Positions 28,214 to 38,215 of a stretch of DNA of 64,000 bases are shown here, one piece after another. The stretch lies in NCBI GenBank assembly GCA_963822445.1, contig CAWGHO010000003.1, forward strand, positions 448,001-512,000. The letters are read 5' to 3'. This stretch comes from an uncultured Acidobacteriota bacterium (GTDB taxonomy: Bacteria > Acidobacteriota > Thermoanaerobaculia > Gp7-AA8). Below the pieces are notes generated by a model, which was given only the letters and a program-made list of their open reading frames with translations, had not been told where the DNA came from and did not search any database. A program made the position numbers and the translations under genes. Position 1 is the stretch's first letter, and every line of letters starts with the position of its first letter.

Positions 28214-30136
28214 GTGCGTGCCCCGGTGCTCCTCGTTGCCCTTCTCCTCGTCTCGTCCATCCACGCTGAGATCCCGATCTCGCGGCCCGACATCGTTCCT
28301 CTCGATCGCGCCGCCTGGTCGGCCGATCCGCCTTCGGTTGCGTCCGGTGACGGCTTCCTCGTCGTCTGGTCCGAGCGGCTGTTCGGCGGCTGGCCCGGGC
28401 CGGTGAAGCTTCGCACGTACGACGACGACGGCACGCCGCGCCAGCCGCTCTCGATCGAGCTCGGCCATGGTCACTCGCCCCACGCATTCTGGAACGGCAG
28501 CGAATACGTGGTCGTCTTCGCGCTGCCGATCTCCCGGTTCGGAAGTCCCACGCCGCTGCCGTCAGTCGTGGCTGTGCGCGTGCGCGCGGACGGGACGATC
28601 GTCGAAGACTCCCGCGTGACGCTACTTTCCTCTCGATCGAGCGCCGGCATCGCCGACGTGGCCTGGGACGGCATGAACGCGCTCGTCGCCATCGCCTATC
28701 CAACTCCTTCGCAACTCCTTCGCCTCGATCGCAACGGAAACCTGCTCGAGCAAACGACGCTCGACGCGCAACCGACGGCGCTCGAGACGAAAGCGGGCGG
28801 AGGGTTTTTCGTGCTGCCCCTGGATCAGGGCGAGGCAGTCGCGCGCGGCGACGATCGATTCGCCGTGCTCGATCATCAGCAGAACGGCGTGACGGAGGTG
28901 ATCCTCCTCGATGCCGCGGGCAGCGAGCTCGAACGGTTCGTGTTGTCGAGCAACGCCGGCTGGCAGAGCGCGATCGTGTGGGATGGTCGCGCGTGGGTCG
29001 CCTCGTACACGCAGAACGGCGCACTCTGCACGGCGCGTTTCACTTCTTCGTCGGACGTCGACCGAACCTGTGACGCGCAGACGAACGCGTACGGCCCGGC
29101 GCTCGCCGTCGGCGGCCGAGGGATCTTCAAGGCCTGGACGAATGACGGTCAGGTGCTGACCGATTCCGGGCTCGCATCGACAGCCTGGTCTTCCGCGGTC
29201 CTGCCCGCGGCGGTCATCGACGAGACGGGCGTGCTCGCGGCCTGGGTCGAGGCCGGTCGGATTCGCATCGGCGGCATTGCCAACGATCGCACGCCGCGGC
29301 CCGAAGAGACTGTCGGCGGCGCTGTGAATTACGACGCGCCCGTTCTGTCGCGAGCGGGCAATCAAACGCTGCTGGCCTGGATCGACGACAAACCGCGGGC
29401 GGTCATCATCGGCTCCGACGGCAAGCCTGTCTCCGATCCGATCGAACTGCCGGAGATGCACTCCGCGCCCGCCATCGCAGCGCGCGGCGACGAATGGGTG
29501 CTGGCCTGGTACACGCCGAACGGCATCCAGTCCTCGCGACTCACGCGCGACCTCGAGCTCGTCGGCTTCGAAGAATTCGGCGGTACCTCGATTCAGGATC
29601 CTCCGCGTATCGCGGCAACCGCGACCGGCTATCTCCTGGCCTGGACGGAACATGAAAACGGACGATCGCGTGTGGTGGTCGAGCCGCTCGATGCGAACGG
29701 CCGGCGGACGGTGGGTGGGATTCACATCGCCGACGACGTCACCGCGCCTTCTTCTCTCGCCGTCGAGTGTGGCCCGGTGACCTGCGTCGTCACGTGGCAG
29801 GCCGGACAAGGCGAACGCTGGTTCGCGCTGGTTCGTCACGACGGCACGCAGGTCTCGGCCAATCGCGTTTTCGAGTCGAAGACGGCGGGGCAGGGCACCG
29901 TCGTCGACGCTCTCCACGACGCCTCCTTCCGCATCTACTTCGGCAACACCGTCATGCCGGTCTCACGAGCCGGCGAGCCCGGACTGGCCATGCCCTGGCA
30001 TTCGGCGCCGGTCGCGATCGGCAGTGTGGTCACCTGGCGCGGGCGCGTCACCGCCGTCTACTCGCGACCGAACGGCGGAACGAGCCAGGTCTTCGCGCGC
30101 GAATTCGTATCGCGCGGCCGCTCCATCCGTCACTGA
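28214..30136 (+). CDS. Secreted beta-propeller-like protein, similar in style to 14615-16939; ends SRGRSIRH
   Basis: Signal peptide; ASGDGFLVVW/WNGSEYVVV/WDGRAWVAS/ATGYLLAW repeats. Confidence 0.7.
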   Translation: MRAPVLLVALLLVSSIHAEIPISRPDIVPLDRAAWSADPPSVASGDGFLVVWSERLFGGWPGPVKLRTYDDDGTPRQPLSIELGHGHSPHAFWNGSEYVVVFALPISRFGSPTPLPSVVAVRVRADGTIVEDSRVTLLSSRSSAGIADVAWDGMNALVAIAYPTPSQLLRLDRNGNLLEQTTLDAQPTALETKAGGGFFVLPLDQGEAVARGDDRFAVLDHQQNGVTEVILLDAAGSELERFVLSSNAGWQSAIVWDGRAWVASYTQNGALCTARFTSSSDVDRTCDAQTNAYGPALAVGGRGIFKAWTNDGQVLTDSGLASTAWSSAVLPAAVIDETGVLAAWVEAGRIRIGGIANDRTPRPEETVGGAVNYDAPVLSRAGNQTLLAWIDDKPRAVIIGSDGKPVSDPIELPEMHSAPAIAARGDEWVLAWYTPNGIQSSRLTRDLELVGFEEFGGTSIQDPPRIAATATGYLLAWTEHENGRSRVVVEPLDANGRRTVGGIHIADDVTAPSSLAVECGPVTCVVTWQAGQGERWFALVRHDGTQVSANRVFESKTAGQGTVVDALHDASFRIYFGNTVMPVSRAGEPGLAMPWHSAPVAIGSVVTWRGRVTAVYSRPNGGTSQVFAREFVSRGRSIRH

Positions 30137-30156
30137 CCGGTGTACTCTTTTCCGCC

Positions 30157-30639
30157 ATGGTGCAGAGCAAAGCGAAAACCGTCGCCGAGTATCTGGATGA
30201 GTTGCCCGAGGACCGCCGCGCTGCGATCTCCAAAGTGCGGTCGGTGGTGAAGAAGAACCTGCCCAAGGGCTACAAAGAGCGGATGGGCTTCGGGATGATC
30301 ACTTACGAGATCCCTCTCGATGAGTATCCCGACACCTACAACGGCCGGCCGCTCTGCTACATCGGTCTCGCTTCGCAGAAGAGCCACATGGCCCTCTACC
30401 TCACCAACGTCTACGCGGATCCGGAGCAGGAGAAGTTCCTCGCCGACGCGTTCAAGCAGGCCGGCAAGAAAATGGACATGGGCAAGTCCTGCCTGCGATT
30501 CAGGAACGTCGAGGACCTGCCGCTCGATGCGATCGGGAAGATCGTTGCCAGCACACCACCCGAAGCGATGATCGCGAAAACGGAAAAGGCGCACTCCACG
30601 AAAAAGACGGCGAAGAAGGCCCCCGCGAAGAAAAAGTGA
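30157..30639 (+). CDS. DUF1801 family protein with a Lys-rich tail
   Basis: MVQSKAKTVAEYLDELPEDRR...LPKGYKE..GMITY..YPDTYNGRPL..LASQK...DMGKSCLRF. Confidence 0.85.
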   Translation: MVQSKAKTVAEYLDELPEDRRAAISKVRSVVKKNLPKGYKERMGFGMITYEIPLDEYPDTYNGRPLCYIGLASQKSHMALYLTNVYADPEQEKFLADAFKQAGKKMDMGKSCLRFRNVEDLPLDAIGKIVASTPPEAMIAKTEKAHSTKKTAKKAPAKKK

Positions 30640-31421
30640 CGGTCACCACCGGCTTCTTCACCGACTCCACCCTTTGCATCGGCTGCAAGGCCTGCGAGGT
30701 CGCGTGCAAGGAGTGGAACGACGTTCCCAGCGACGGGTTCACTTTCTCCGGCAACTCCTACGACAACACCATCGGCCTCGGCCACTCCACCTGGCGCCAT
30801 GTGAAATTCGTGGAGAGCGGCACGACCATCGGCGCGGGCGGTAACAATCCCGATCTGCTGTCGTGGCAGTTCTCCTCCGACGTCTGCAAGCACTGCGAGC
30901 ACGCGGGATGTCTGGAAGCCTGCCCGACGGGCTCGATCATCCGCACCGAGTTCGGCGGCGTCTACATCCAGCCCGACATCTGCAACGGCTGCGGCTATTG
31001 CGTCGTCACCTGTCCGTTCGGAGTGGTCGATCGCAGGCCTGACGACGGCCGTGCCTTCAAATGCACGTTCTGCTACGACCGCCAGAAAGTCGGCGAACAG
31101 CCGGCGTGCGCGAAAGCCTGTCCCACGCAATCGATTCTCTTCGGCGATCTCGAAGAGCTCGAGCGTGCCGCCGACGCGCGCATCGCCAAGTTGCATGACG
31201 CCGGGATGACCGACGCGAACATCTGGAATCCGAAGAACACCTCCGTCGGCGGCACGCACGCGTTCTTTCTCATTCGCGGCGACAGCGAGCAGTACAACCT
31301 GCCGAAGAATCCTGAAGTGCCGACGGTGTTGCTTGGCGCAGCATGGCGTTCGGCGGCCGCGGCGGCGGGGGTGATCGCCGTCGGTGCGTTGCTGAACTTC
31401 GCCTTCACCCGGAGGCGTTGA
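30636..31421 (+). CDS. Formate dehydrogenase iron-sulfur (beta) subunit, 4Fe-4S dicluster
   Basis: CIGCKACEVAC, CKHCEHAGCLEACP, CNGCGYCVVTCPFG, KCTFCYDR..PACAKACP. Confidence 0.93.
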   Translation: MTVTTGFFTDSTLCIGCKACEVACKEWNDVPSDGFTFSGNSYDNTIGLGHSTWRHVKFVESGTTIGAGGNNPDLLSWQFSSDVCKHCEHAGCLEACPTGSIIRTEFGGVYIQPDICNGCGYCVVTCPFGVVDRRPDDGRAFKCTFCYDRQKVGEQPACAKACPTQSILFGDLEELERAADARIAKLHDAGMTDANIWNPKNTSVGGTHAFFLIRGDSEQYNLPKNPEVPTVLLGAAWRSAAAAAGVIAVGALLNFAFTRRR

Positions 31422-31464
31422 TCCGGAGTGCTATCCTTCCGTCACACGTCAGTCGCGTGCCCAC

Positions 31465-34400
31465 ATGGCCCGGCTCTTCATCTCCTACGCAAGAGCAGAC
31501 GGCACGGCCTTCGCCGACCAGCTGCAGCGCGACCTTCAACCACACGAGGTGTGGCTGGACCGGTCGGAGATCAGCGGCGGCGCGCAGTGGGAGGCTGAGC
31601 TCGAGCAGGCGATCGACGGTTGCGACGCCGCCCTTGCCGTTTTGACGCGGGCCTATCCCGCCTCGCGAGTCTCACGCGATGAGCTGCAGCGCACGCGTCG
31701 CAGGAAGAAGCCGATCATTCCGCTCCTCGTGCATGCGGATGCGGAACGGCAGCTGCTGCTCGAAAGCGTGCAGTACATCGATTTCTCGAATCCCGCCACG
31801 CGCGAGACGAGCATGGGCCAGTTGCGCGACCTCATCGCCAATCCCGGCGAGATCCCCCGTCCCGCCGACGCGGCGCCGGAGCTCACCTGGCAAACGATTG
31901 CCGCCCATGCTGGAAAGCAGGCGCGCCGTTTCGTGCAGGATCTCGAAGGAACGGCGAAAGCGCCCGGCACTTTCATCCCCGACGTGTACGTCCGGCGCGA
32001 GACGGCCGAGGATGCGCTGCGCGGGCTCCTGGAGAGCGAGGCCGCGGCGCTGATTGCCGTCGGCGGATCGGGCTCCGGCAAGACCAACCTGTTGTGCCGG
32101 TTCGTGGTGGACCTGCTCGATCAGGGACACGCCGTGCTCGCGTATGACTGCGCCGCGCTTGCTGATGATGAGGTAGGGGAGGAGCTGGTTCGCGACCTGC
32201 CCGTTGCGCGCGGCAGCGATCCGCTGGAGGCGCTGGAGAACATCGACGCCGAAGCGGCGCGCGCCGGGAAGAAGCTGGTGATCGTCTTCGATTCGATCGG
32301 CGACTATCGCGGCGATGAAAGCTCCGGCGTGCAGGTATTGCTGCGACGCATCAACGATCTCGCCAAACGCGCCGGCACGAACGTGAAGTTCGTCCTGACC
32401 TGCAACACCGCGGCGTGGGGCCGGCTGGAGCGGTTGGCGCCGATCCGCCTCGATCGCCGCGTCTACTACCGTTCGCCCGAAGACGAGCCCTTCCTGCGCC
32501 TCGACATCTTCACGCCCGCCGAGGCCGAAGCCGCGTATCGGCGCTACCAGCAGTTCTTCGAGCTCTTCTCGAACTTCGAGGATCTTCCGCCCGAAGTGCG
32601 CGAGCGGCTGCGCGATCCCGTGCTCTTGCGGATGACGGCGGAAGCGGGACGCGGCGAAAAGACGCCGCTGCTCGAGGTCGACTCCGCCCTCGGCGTCTAC
32701 GGCCGCTTTTTCGACGAGCGCGTGCAACTGCCGCGCGAGACGTGGCTCGTCGATAAGCTCGCCGAACAGATGCTGGCGGACAAGAGCAGTACGCTCGCCC
32801 TTTCCGATCTCTCCGGCCACAAAGACCTCGGCCAGGAGATCCTCAACGAAGATCCCACGTCCGTTTACTCGCGGCTCCTCGACAGCGGCGTGCTGCAGGA
32901 GGCGCATGGCGATCAACGCACGGGCCCTGTCGTCCGCTTCGCCCACGCGCGCGTCGCCGCGTACGCACTGGCGAAACATCTGCGCAAACAGCCGGTCGCC
33001 GAAACCACCGCGGGTCTGGTCGCGCAGAACGTGCGGTTCCCGCTCGGCTGGGACGTCGCCCGGACGCTGTTACTGCTGACCCGCGACAACGCCGCGATCG
33101 CGACACTTGCCGGGTCCGATGATGTCGAGCAGCGCGAGCTCGCGGCGGAAGCGCTGGTCGAGCTCCATGCCGAGGATGCGAAAGCCGCGCGTGAGCTGCT
33201 GCAGTCGCTCCTGAAAGACAAGTCCGAAGCGGCGCGCCGGACCGCGCTCAAGGCCGCGTACAACATCGGTCCGCAGACGCGCGACTTTTTCCTGCGCGCC
33301 GCGCTCGACCGCAACCGTTCCGTCCGCGAATCGGTGCGCAACACGCTCTATCTGATCTGGCGCAATGAATCGCCGGCCCGCCGGCGATCGGTCACCGACA
33401 CGCTCTATCTGATCTGGCGCCACTCGCCCGGCTTCACCTACGAGCTGCTGACCAGTCTCGTCGACGAGCTCAAACCGACGGACCTCATCGGTCGCGCGAG
33501 CGCGTTCCGTTTCGTGATCGAGCTGATCGTCACCATCTACATCAATCATTGTGAAGAAGAGGAAGTGATCCAGAAGACGGCGGCGCTGCTGCATCACCTG
33601 GCCGTCGACCGGATGCACCTCAATCTCTTCAAGACGGGCGTCTTTGGCAAGAAAGCGGAGCAGCTCTTCCTGGGCGTCCTCGCGAGCGCGTTTGCGGCGC
33701 CGGTTCTCGACTGGATGCTCTTCACCGATGGTCGTCCGGCGACGGCGTTCTTCAAGCTTCCACAGGAACAGCGCGCGCCGCTCGCCCGGATCGCCGATGT
33801 TTACGATCCGAGCTCCGATCTCGGCGCGGCGTATGACGATCTCGTGTCTTTGCTCGAATCGAAGATGCCGACTTACAGCGGTGCTGCGGCGGTGGCGATC
33901 GCCGTTCACGCCGCGAAGGATTTCGCGAGGACCGAGCCGCTGATTCGCCGTCTCTGGGATGGCGCGACTTCACAGGGGCGCCTCTGGATTCTGATGGCCT
34001 TCTCCGTCCTGATGAAACCGACGCCGCCGGAATGGGTCGAGCTTCTCGAGGATCTGACCCGCCGCTATGTCCGCGACCATCGCGATGCCTTCCTCGGCCC
34101 GGCCAGCCGTCTCGCCGGCGATCTCGATCTCGTATTCGTCCCTCTCGGACTGGCGTACGGCAAGCGGGGCGCGGGCATGCCGCTCTTCGAATCGCTCGTG
34201 CAGGAAGCGCTCGCCGCGAACGACACCGCCCTCCTCGCACGCTGCATCACTGCCCTCGGCCCGGTCGGTTTCTACTATCCGCATGCCGCGCTCGACGTCC
34301 TCGAGCCGGTCATGAAGGAGCTCGAGAAGAGCGATGTTGCGGAGGCGATGGTGGGGACGCTGGCGACCATCCGCATGCTGCACTTCGATGCCGTCAATCA

Positions 34401-34686
34401 GTTTCTCAATCGCACCGCGGCGGCCGAGGGATTGAGAAGGCGCATCGATACGGTCGCGGACGTTGGCCTGGTGCACAACTACATCCTCGTCCTTGGCTAC
34501 TTCAACAACTCCGTGCACTTCACGCTCAACTACCCGCGCATGCGCAAGGCGTTGTCGGCCGGCGCATTGAAGCTGCTGGCGGAAACGCGATCGCCACGGG
34601 AGTTTCTCGGCGCGTACACGGCCACGGCATGGCGGATGTTGCACGCCTCGAAATTCAAGGTGATCGAATGGACGCTGCCGGAGTAA
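31465..34686 (+). CDS. TIR domain + STAND (NACHT-like) P-loop NTPase + HEAT/ARM-like helical repeats
   Basis: LFISYARAD...VWLD..ISGG..W...SRDEL (TIR with putative catalytic Glu); Walker A GGSGSGKT; Walker B LVIVFDSIGD; DPVLLRM; winged helix LLDSGVL...VRFAH. Confidence 0.85.
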   Translation: MARLFISYARADGTAFADQLQRDLQPHEVWLDRSEISGGAQWEAELEQAIDGCDAALAVLTRAYPASRVSRDELQRTRRRKKPIIPLLVHADAERQLLLESVQYIDFSNPATRETSMGQLRDLIANPGEIPRPADAAPELTWQTIAAHAGKQARRFVQDLEGTAKAPGTFIPDVYVRRETAEDALRGLLESEAAALIAVGGSGSGKTNLLCRFVVDLLDQGHAVLAYDCAALADDEVGEELVRDLPVARGSDPLEALENIDAEAARAGKKLVIVFDSIGDYRGDESSGVQVLLRRINDLAKRAGTNVKFVLTCNTAAWGRLERLAPIRLDRRVYYRSPEDEPFLRLDIFTPAEAEAAYRRYQQFFELFSNFEDLPPEVRERLRDPVLLRMTAEAGRGEKTPLLEVDSALGVYGRFFDERVQLPRETWLVDKLAEQMLADKSSTLALSDLSGHKDLGQEILNEDPTSVYSRLLDSGVLQEAHGDQRTGPVVRFAHARVAAYALAKHLRKQPVAETTAGLVAQNVRFPLGWDVARTLLLLTRDNAAIATLAGSDDVEQRELAAEALVELHAEDAKAARELLQSLLKDKSEAARRTALKAAYNIGPQTRDFFLRAALDRNRSVRESVRNTLYLIWRNESPARRRSVTDTLYLIWRHSPGFTYELLTSLVDELKPTDLIGRASAFRFVIELIVTIYINHCEEEEVIQKTAALLHHLAVDRMHLNLFKTGVFGKKAEQLFLGVLASAFAAPVLDWMLFTDGRPATAFFKLPQEQRAPLARIADVYDPSSDLGAAYDDLVSLLESKMPTYSGAAAVAIAVHAAKDFARTEPLIRRLWDGATSQGRLWILMAFSVLMKPTPPEWVELLEDLTRRYVRDHRDAFLGPASRLAGDLDLVFVPLGLAYGKRGAGMPLFESLVQEALAANDTALLARCITALGPVGFYYPHAALDVLEPVMKELEKSDVAEAMVGTLATIRMLHFDAVNQFLNRTAAAEGLRRRIDTVADVGLVHNYILVLGYFNNSVHFTLNYPRMRKALSAGALKLLAETRSPREFLGAYTATAWRMLHASKFKVIEWTLPE

Positions 34687-34721
34687 ACGACGTCCTCGTG
34701 GGCCGCCGCTCCGGTGGGAGT

Positions 34722-36539
34722 GTGTTGCGTCTCCTGATCGAGATCTCGCGGTTCGGCCGTTTGTCGATTCTCAGCTTCTCGTTGCTGCTGCCGTTGCTCG
34801 GTGCGGCGGTCGTCTCGCCGCGGCTGTCGCTCGCGCAACTCGGCGCGCTGTCCGCGGTCGCCGTCGCGTTTCATCTTTTCGGCTACGTCTCGAATGACGT
34901 CTTCGACCTGCCGCTCGACCGCACCCAGCCGCTACGGGCGGGCTCACCGCTCGTTCGCGGTCTGGTATCGCCGCGGGTGGCCATGGCGATTGCGCTCGTG
35001 CCGGTGCCGCTCGCGGCGATCGTTCATTTCTGGGCCGGCGGTCCGCCGGCGGCGAGTGTGGTGCTGATGATCGGCATGGGCTTCGGCCTTCTGTACAACC
35101 GGTTCGGCAAGCGGATCGCCTTTCCGATTGCCAGCGACGCCATTCAGGGCTTGGCGTGGGTGGCGCTGGCGCTTTACGGCGCGCTGGCGAGTGACGGTGG
35201 TCTGACAACGTGCGTGGTGTGGCTGTCGGCGACGGTGCTCGTGTACGTGATGCTCGTCAATGCGCTGCATGGTGGATTGCGGGATCTCGCCAACGACGCG
35301 CGTCATGGCGCGCGGACCACGGCGCTGTATTTCGGAGCGCGAGTCGGGCCGGACGAGGAGCTGATCGTGCCGCGAGGATTTCTTCTGTACGGCACATCAC
35401 TGCAGGCCGCGGCAATGGTGTTCGCGTGCTTGTGCTACGGACGGAATGCATTAGCGATCGCGGCGATCGTCGCGGCGCATCTCGTGCTCTTCGCGCTCGG
35501 ACGCGCTGTCATTCGGTCGACGGGTAACCGTCCGGCGATGATCCGGAAAGGCATGCTCCACCTCTTCCTGTCGATCGGCGTGGTGCTGCTGCCGTTTGCG
35601 TTCTTCACCAATCCGCTGGCGACCTTTCTCATCGTCGCGTCCTACGCCGTGCCGCTGGTGATCCTGTTCGGCTACCTCGCGTGGCATCACGCGCGAACGG
35701 CGATGGCTGTCGCGGTCCTCGTTGCGGTTCCCGCGTTCGCTCAATCCGTTCATGTCGTGCCGCGGGCGGAGCTGGTTGCGGCAATGTCCGCGGAGCGGGC
35801 GAAGGATTACGAGATCTGCGCGACCGCCAACGCCGCGCGATTCAACGCCGCGGTGATCATCGCCGTGGCGCGCGTCGCGCAGGCACGGGGCCACGCGCCG
35901 ATCGTGCTCGATCATCGCGATTACTACGAGGCATTCAACGCGACCGCCGGTTGCGACGCGATTCCGGTCTTCATCGAGAAGGCGCACACGCATCGCGAAG
36001 ACCAGTACGTCGATGCCCGGCGGGAGAAAGTGCTGAAACGGGTGAAGACGCCGAACGCGGAACGGCCGGTCTTCGCGGCCAACGTCGTCGCCGGCTGGAC
36101 CGGCGGGCAGCCGCGCTATTCGTATGAAGATCTCCGCTCCGATCCTCAGTTACGCGTGACGCACGAGCGCATCACCAGCTACCGGCTCCTCACGTTTGGG
36201 ACCAACGACGAGATCCTGCTGTTCGACGACATCCACGGCATTTCCGGCCGCGCACTCTCCGGCGCATTGAGCCTGATCTTCCGTGCCTTCGGCGACGGGA
36301 TCGCCGATCGCGCCTGGATTCACATCGTCGGCCGCGAGCAGGTCACAGTCTCCAAGGGTCACAAATTCTTCATCTACCCGCCGCCGGTGACGGCGACGGT
36401 CGATCGCGACGGCCGTGCGACCGATGAAGTTCCCGAGCACTTGAAGAAATACGCGGCCCGCCTGAAGAAGCCCTTCGACGCCGAGTACGTGCCGATGCGA
36501 AGCGCGGATGTGTTCCGCTGGCAACGCGTTCAGCCGTGA
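34722..36539 (+). CDS. UbiA-family prenyltransferase fused to a ~270-aa soluble C-terminal domain of unknown function
   Basis: Asp-rich motifs NDVFDLPLDR and DLANDARHGART; 8-9 TM; then AVPAFA-QSVH and a soluble domain. Confidence 0.75.
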   Translation: MLRLLIEISRFGRLSILSFSLLLPLLGAAVVSPRLSLAQLGALSAVAVAFHLFGYVSNDVFDLPLDRTQPLRAGSPLVRGLVSPRVAMAIALVPVPLAAIVHFWAGGPPAASVVLMIGMGFGLLYNRFGKRIAFPIASDAIQGLAWVALALYGALASDGGLTTCVVWLSATVLVYVMLVNALHGGLRDLANDARHGARTTALYFGARVGPDEELIVPRGFLLYGTSLQAAAMVFACLCYGRNALAIAAIVAAHLVLFALGRAVIRSTGNRPAMIRKGMLHLFLSIGVVLLPFAFFTNPLATFLIVASYAVPLVILFGYLAWHHARTAMAVAVLVAVPAFAQSVHVVPRAELVAAMSAERAKDYEICATANAARFNAAVIIAVARVAQARGHAPIVLDHRDYYEAFNATAGCDAIPVFIEKAHTHREDQYVDARREKVLKRVKTPNAERPVFAANVVAGWTGGQPRYSYEDLRSDPQLRVTHERITSYRLLTFGTNDEILLFDDIHGISGRALSGALSLIFRAFGDGIADRAWIHIVGREQVTVSKGHKFFIYPPPVTATVDRDGRATDEVPEHLKKYAARLKKPFDAEYVPMRSADVFRWQRVQP

Positions 36540-37360
36540 GCGGTAATCGCCGCGAACAGGCCGATGCATCCGCCGATCAGAAACACCTTCTGCAATTCGA
36601 GATACGCGCGAACGGTAAACCTGGTGATCTTCAACGCCACCACACCCAATGAGACCGCATTGACGATGGCTACGACCACCGCGAACTCGCGGAGATAGGG
36701 GAGAGGCGGAATCGGCCCCGTGCGAGCGAGCACGAACAACGAGACATTGAGCGCGGCCACCAGCGCCAGGCCGATGCGCGGTCCAGCCGCCACGGGAATG
36801 GTTCTGATCCCGGCGGCCGCATCGCCGTCGCGATCGTAAACATCGGCGACGAGCTCCTTCTGCGTCACGAACAGACCGAGGATCGCCGCGCCGGCGAGGA
36901 CGGTGGCGATGCTCGCGCGATCCAGCGACGCGCCCCACGGCAGCATTCCGCACCAGGCGCCGACGAACACATTCTTGAGGCCGATCATCCGTTTCACCGC
37001 GTCCGAATAGAGCACGCCCGACAGGATCAGCAGTGCAACGAAAATGAACGACGCCACGGACAACGTGGCGATTGCGAGCACCACGGCCGCTCCGAATGCG
37101 ACGGCAGTGAATCGCCTGACCTGACGTGTGGTCAACCGCCCAGACACCAGCGGCCGCGCCGGCCGATTGACACGGTCGCAGACCTGGTCGCGCAGGTCGT
37201 TGTACGCATAGCCGCCGGTGACCGCGAACGCGATGGCCATCGTTCCGGCGATCAATTCGAGCGGCGGCACACCCAGAGCGATGCCGATGCCGTACGACAA
37301 CAGCGCCAGCGGGAGAATCGTGTAGAACCGCGACAGAGCGAGGTAGCGCAACGGCGGCAT
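36530..37360 (-). CDS. UbiA-family prenyltransferase (DGGGP synthase-like motifs)
   Basis: NDLRDQVCDRVNRPARPLVSG; KELVADVYDRDGDAAAGIRTIP. Confidence 0.88.
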   Translation of the reverse strand: MPPLRYLALSRFYTILPLALLSYGIGIALGVPPLELIAGTMAIAFAVTGGYAYNDLRDQVCDRVNRPARPLVSGRLTTRQVRRFTAVAFGAAVVLAIATLSVASFIFVALLILSGVLYSDAVKRMIGLKNVFVGAWCGMLPWGASLDRASIATVLAGAAILGLFVTQKELVADVYDRDGDAAAGIRTIPVAAGPRIGLALVAALNVSLFVLARTGPIPPLPYLREFAVVVAIVNAVSLGVVALKITRFTVRAYLELQKVFLIGGCIGLFAAITAHG

Positions 37361-37387
37361 CGTAATCCCAACCTAGAATACGAACGG

Positions 37388-38170
37388 ATGCCCACTTACT
37401 ACGATCTGCCTCTGCTCAAGAAACCTGTCTGGACGTGGGAAGTCCCGACTTACTTTTTCGTCGGCGGCGCGGCAGGTGCGGCGGCGGTGCTGGCGGTCGC
37501 AGCGCAGATCGGGGCGGACAACGAGAAAGTCGTACGCGACGCGCGATGGATTGCCGCGATCGGCGCCGCCGTCTCCGGGCCGCTGCTGATCGCCGACCTC
37601 GGCCGCCCCGAGAGGTTCCTCAACATGCTGCGCGTCTTCAAGCCCCGGTCGCCGATGTCGGTGGGCGCGTGGACCGTGGCCGTGTTCGGCGCGGCGACGA
37701 CTGCGGCAGTCCTCCTCCCCAATCGCACGCTGAAGAACACCGCCGGTGCGGTCGCCGGCGCAACCGGTCTGGTGATGGCCACGTACACGGGCGTGCTGAT
37801 CGGCGCGACGGCGATTCCGGTCTGGAAGCGAAACGTCGCGCTCCTGCCCGTGCTCTTCGGCGCCTCCGCTCTCGGATCGGCGGTCTCGTTGCTCGAGCTT
37901 CGCGGCAACCGCATGACCGCCCTCAACTCCCTGGGGCTCGGCGCGGCGCTCTTCGAGACCGCCGCCGAACACGCCAGCAAAACGACGATCGCCCGCGTCG
38001 CCGGCGTGCTTTCCGGTCCGATTCCCTTCCTCCTCCGCCTCCTCGGAGCGCGCAAGCTCGCCGCGGTCTCGACACTGGCCGGCTCCCTCGCCACACGGAT
38101 CGCCTGGGTCGAAGCAGGCAAGGCGAGCGCGGCCGATGCCGGCGTTGCGCTGAGCGGACGCCGCGCGTAA
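37388..38170 (+). CDS. NrfD/PsrC family membrane subunit, likely partner of the formate dehydrogenase
   Basis: YYDLPLLKKPVWTWEVPTYFFVGG, DLGRPERFLNMLRVFKPRSPMSVGAW, YTGVLIGATAIPVW. Confidence 0.92.
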   Translation: MPTYYDLPLLKKPVWTWEVPTYFFVGGAAGAAAVLAVAAQIGADNEKVVRDARWIAAIGAAVSGPLLIADLGRPERFLNMLRVFKPRSPMSVGAWTVAVFGAATTAAVLLPNRTLKNTAGAVAGATGLVMATYTGVLIGATAIPVWKRNVALLPVLFGASALGSAVSLLELRGNRMTALNSLGLGAALFETAAEHASKTTIARVAGVLSGPIPFLLRLLGARKLAAVSTLAGSLATRIAWVEAGKASAADAGVALSGRRA

Positions 38171-38215
38171 ACTCGCCGGACATCCTTCAAATAATCGGAG
38201 CTCCGGGAGGCCCCA

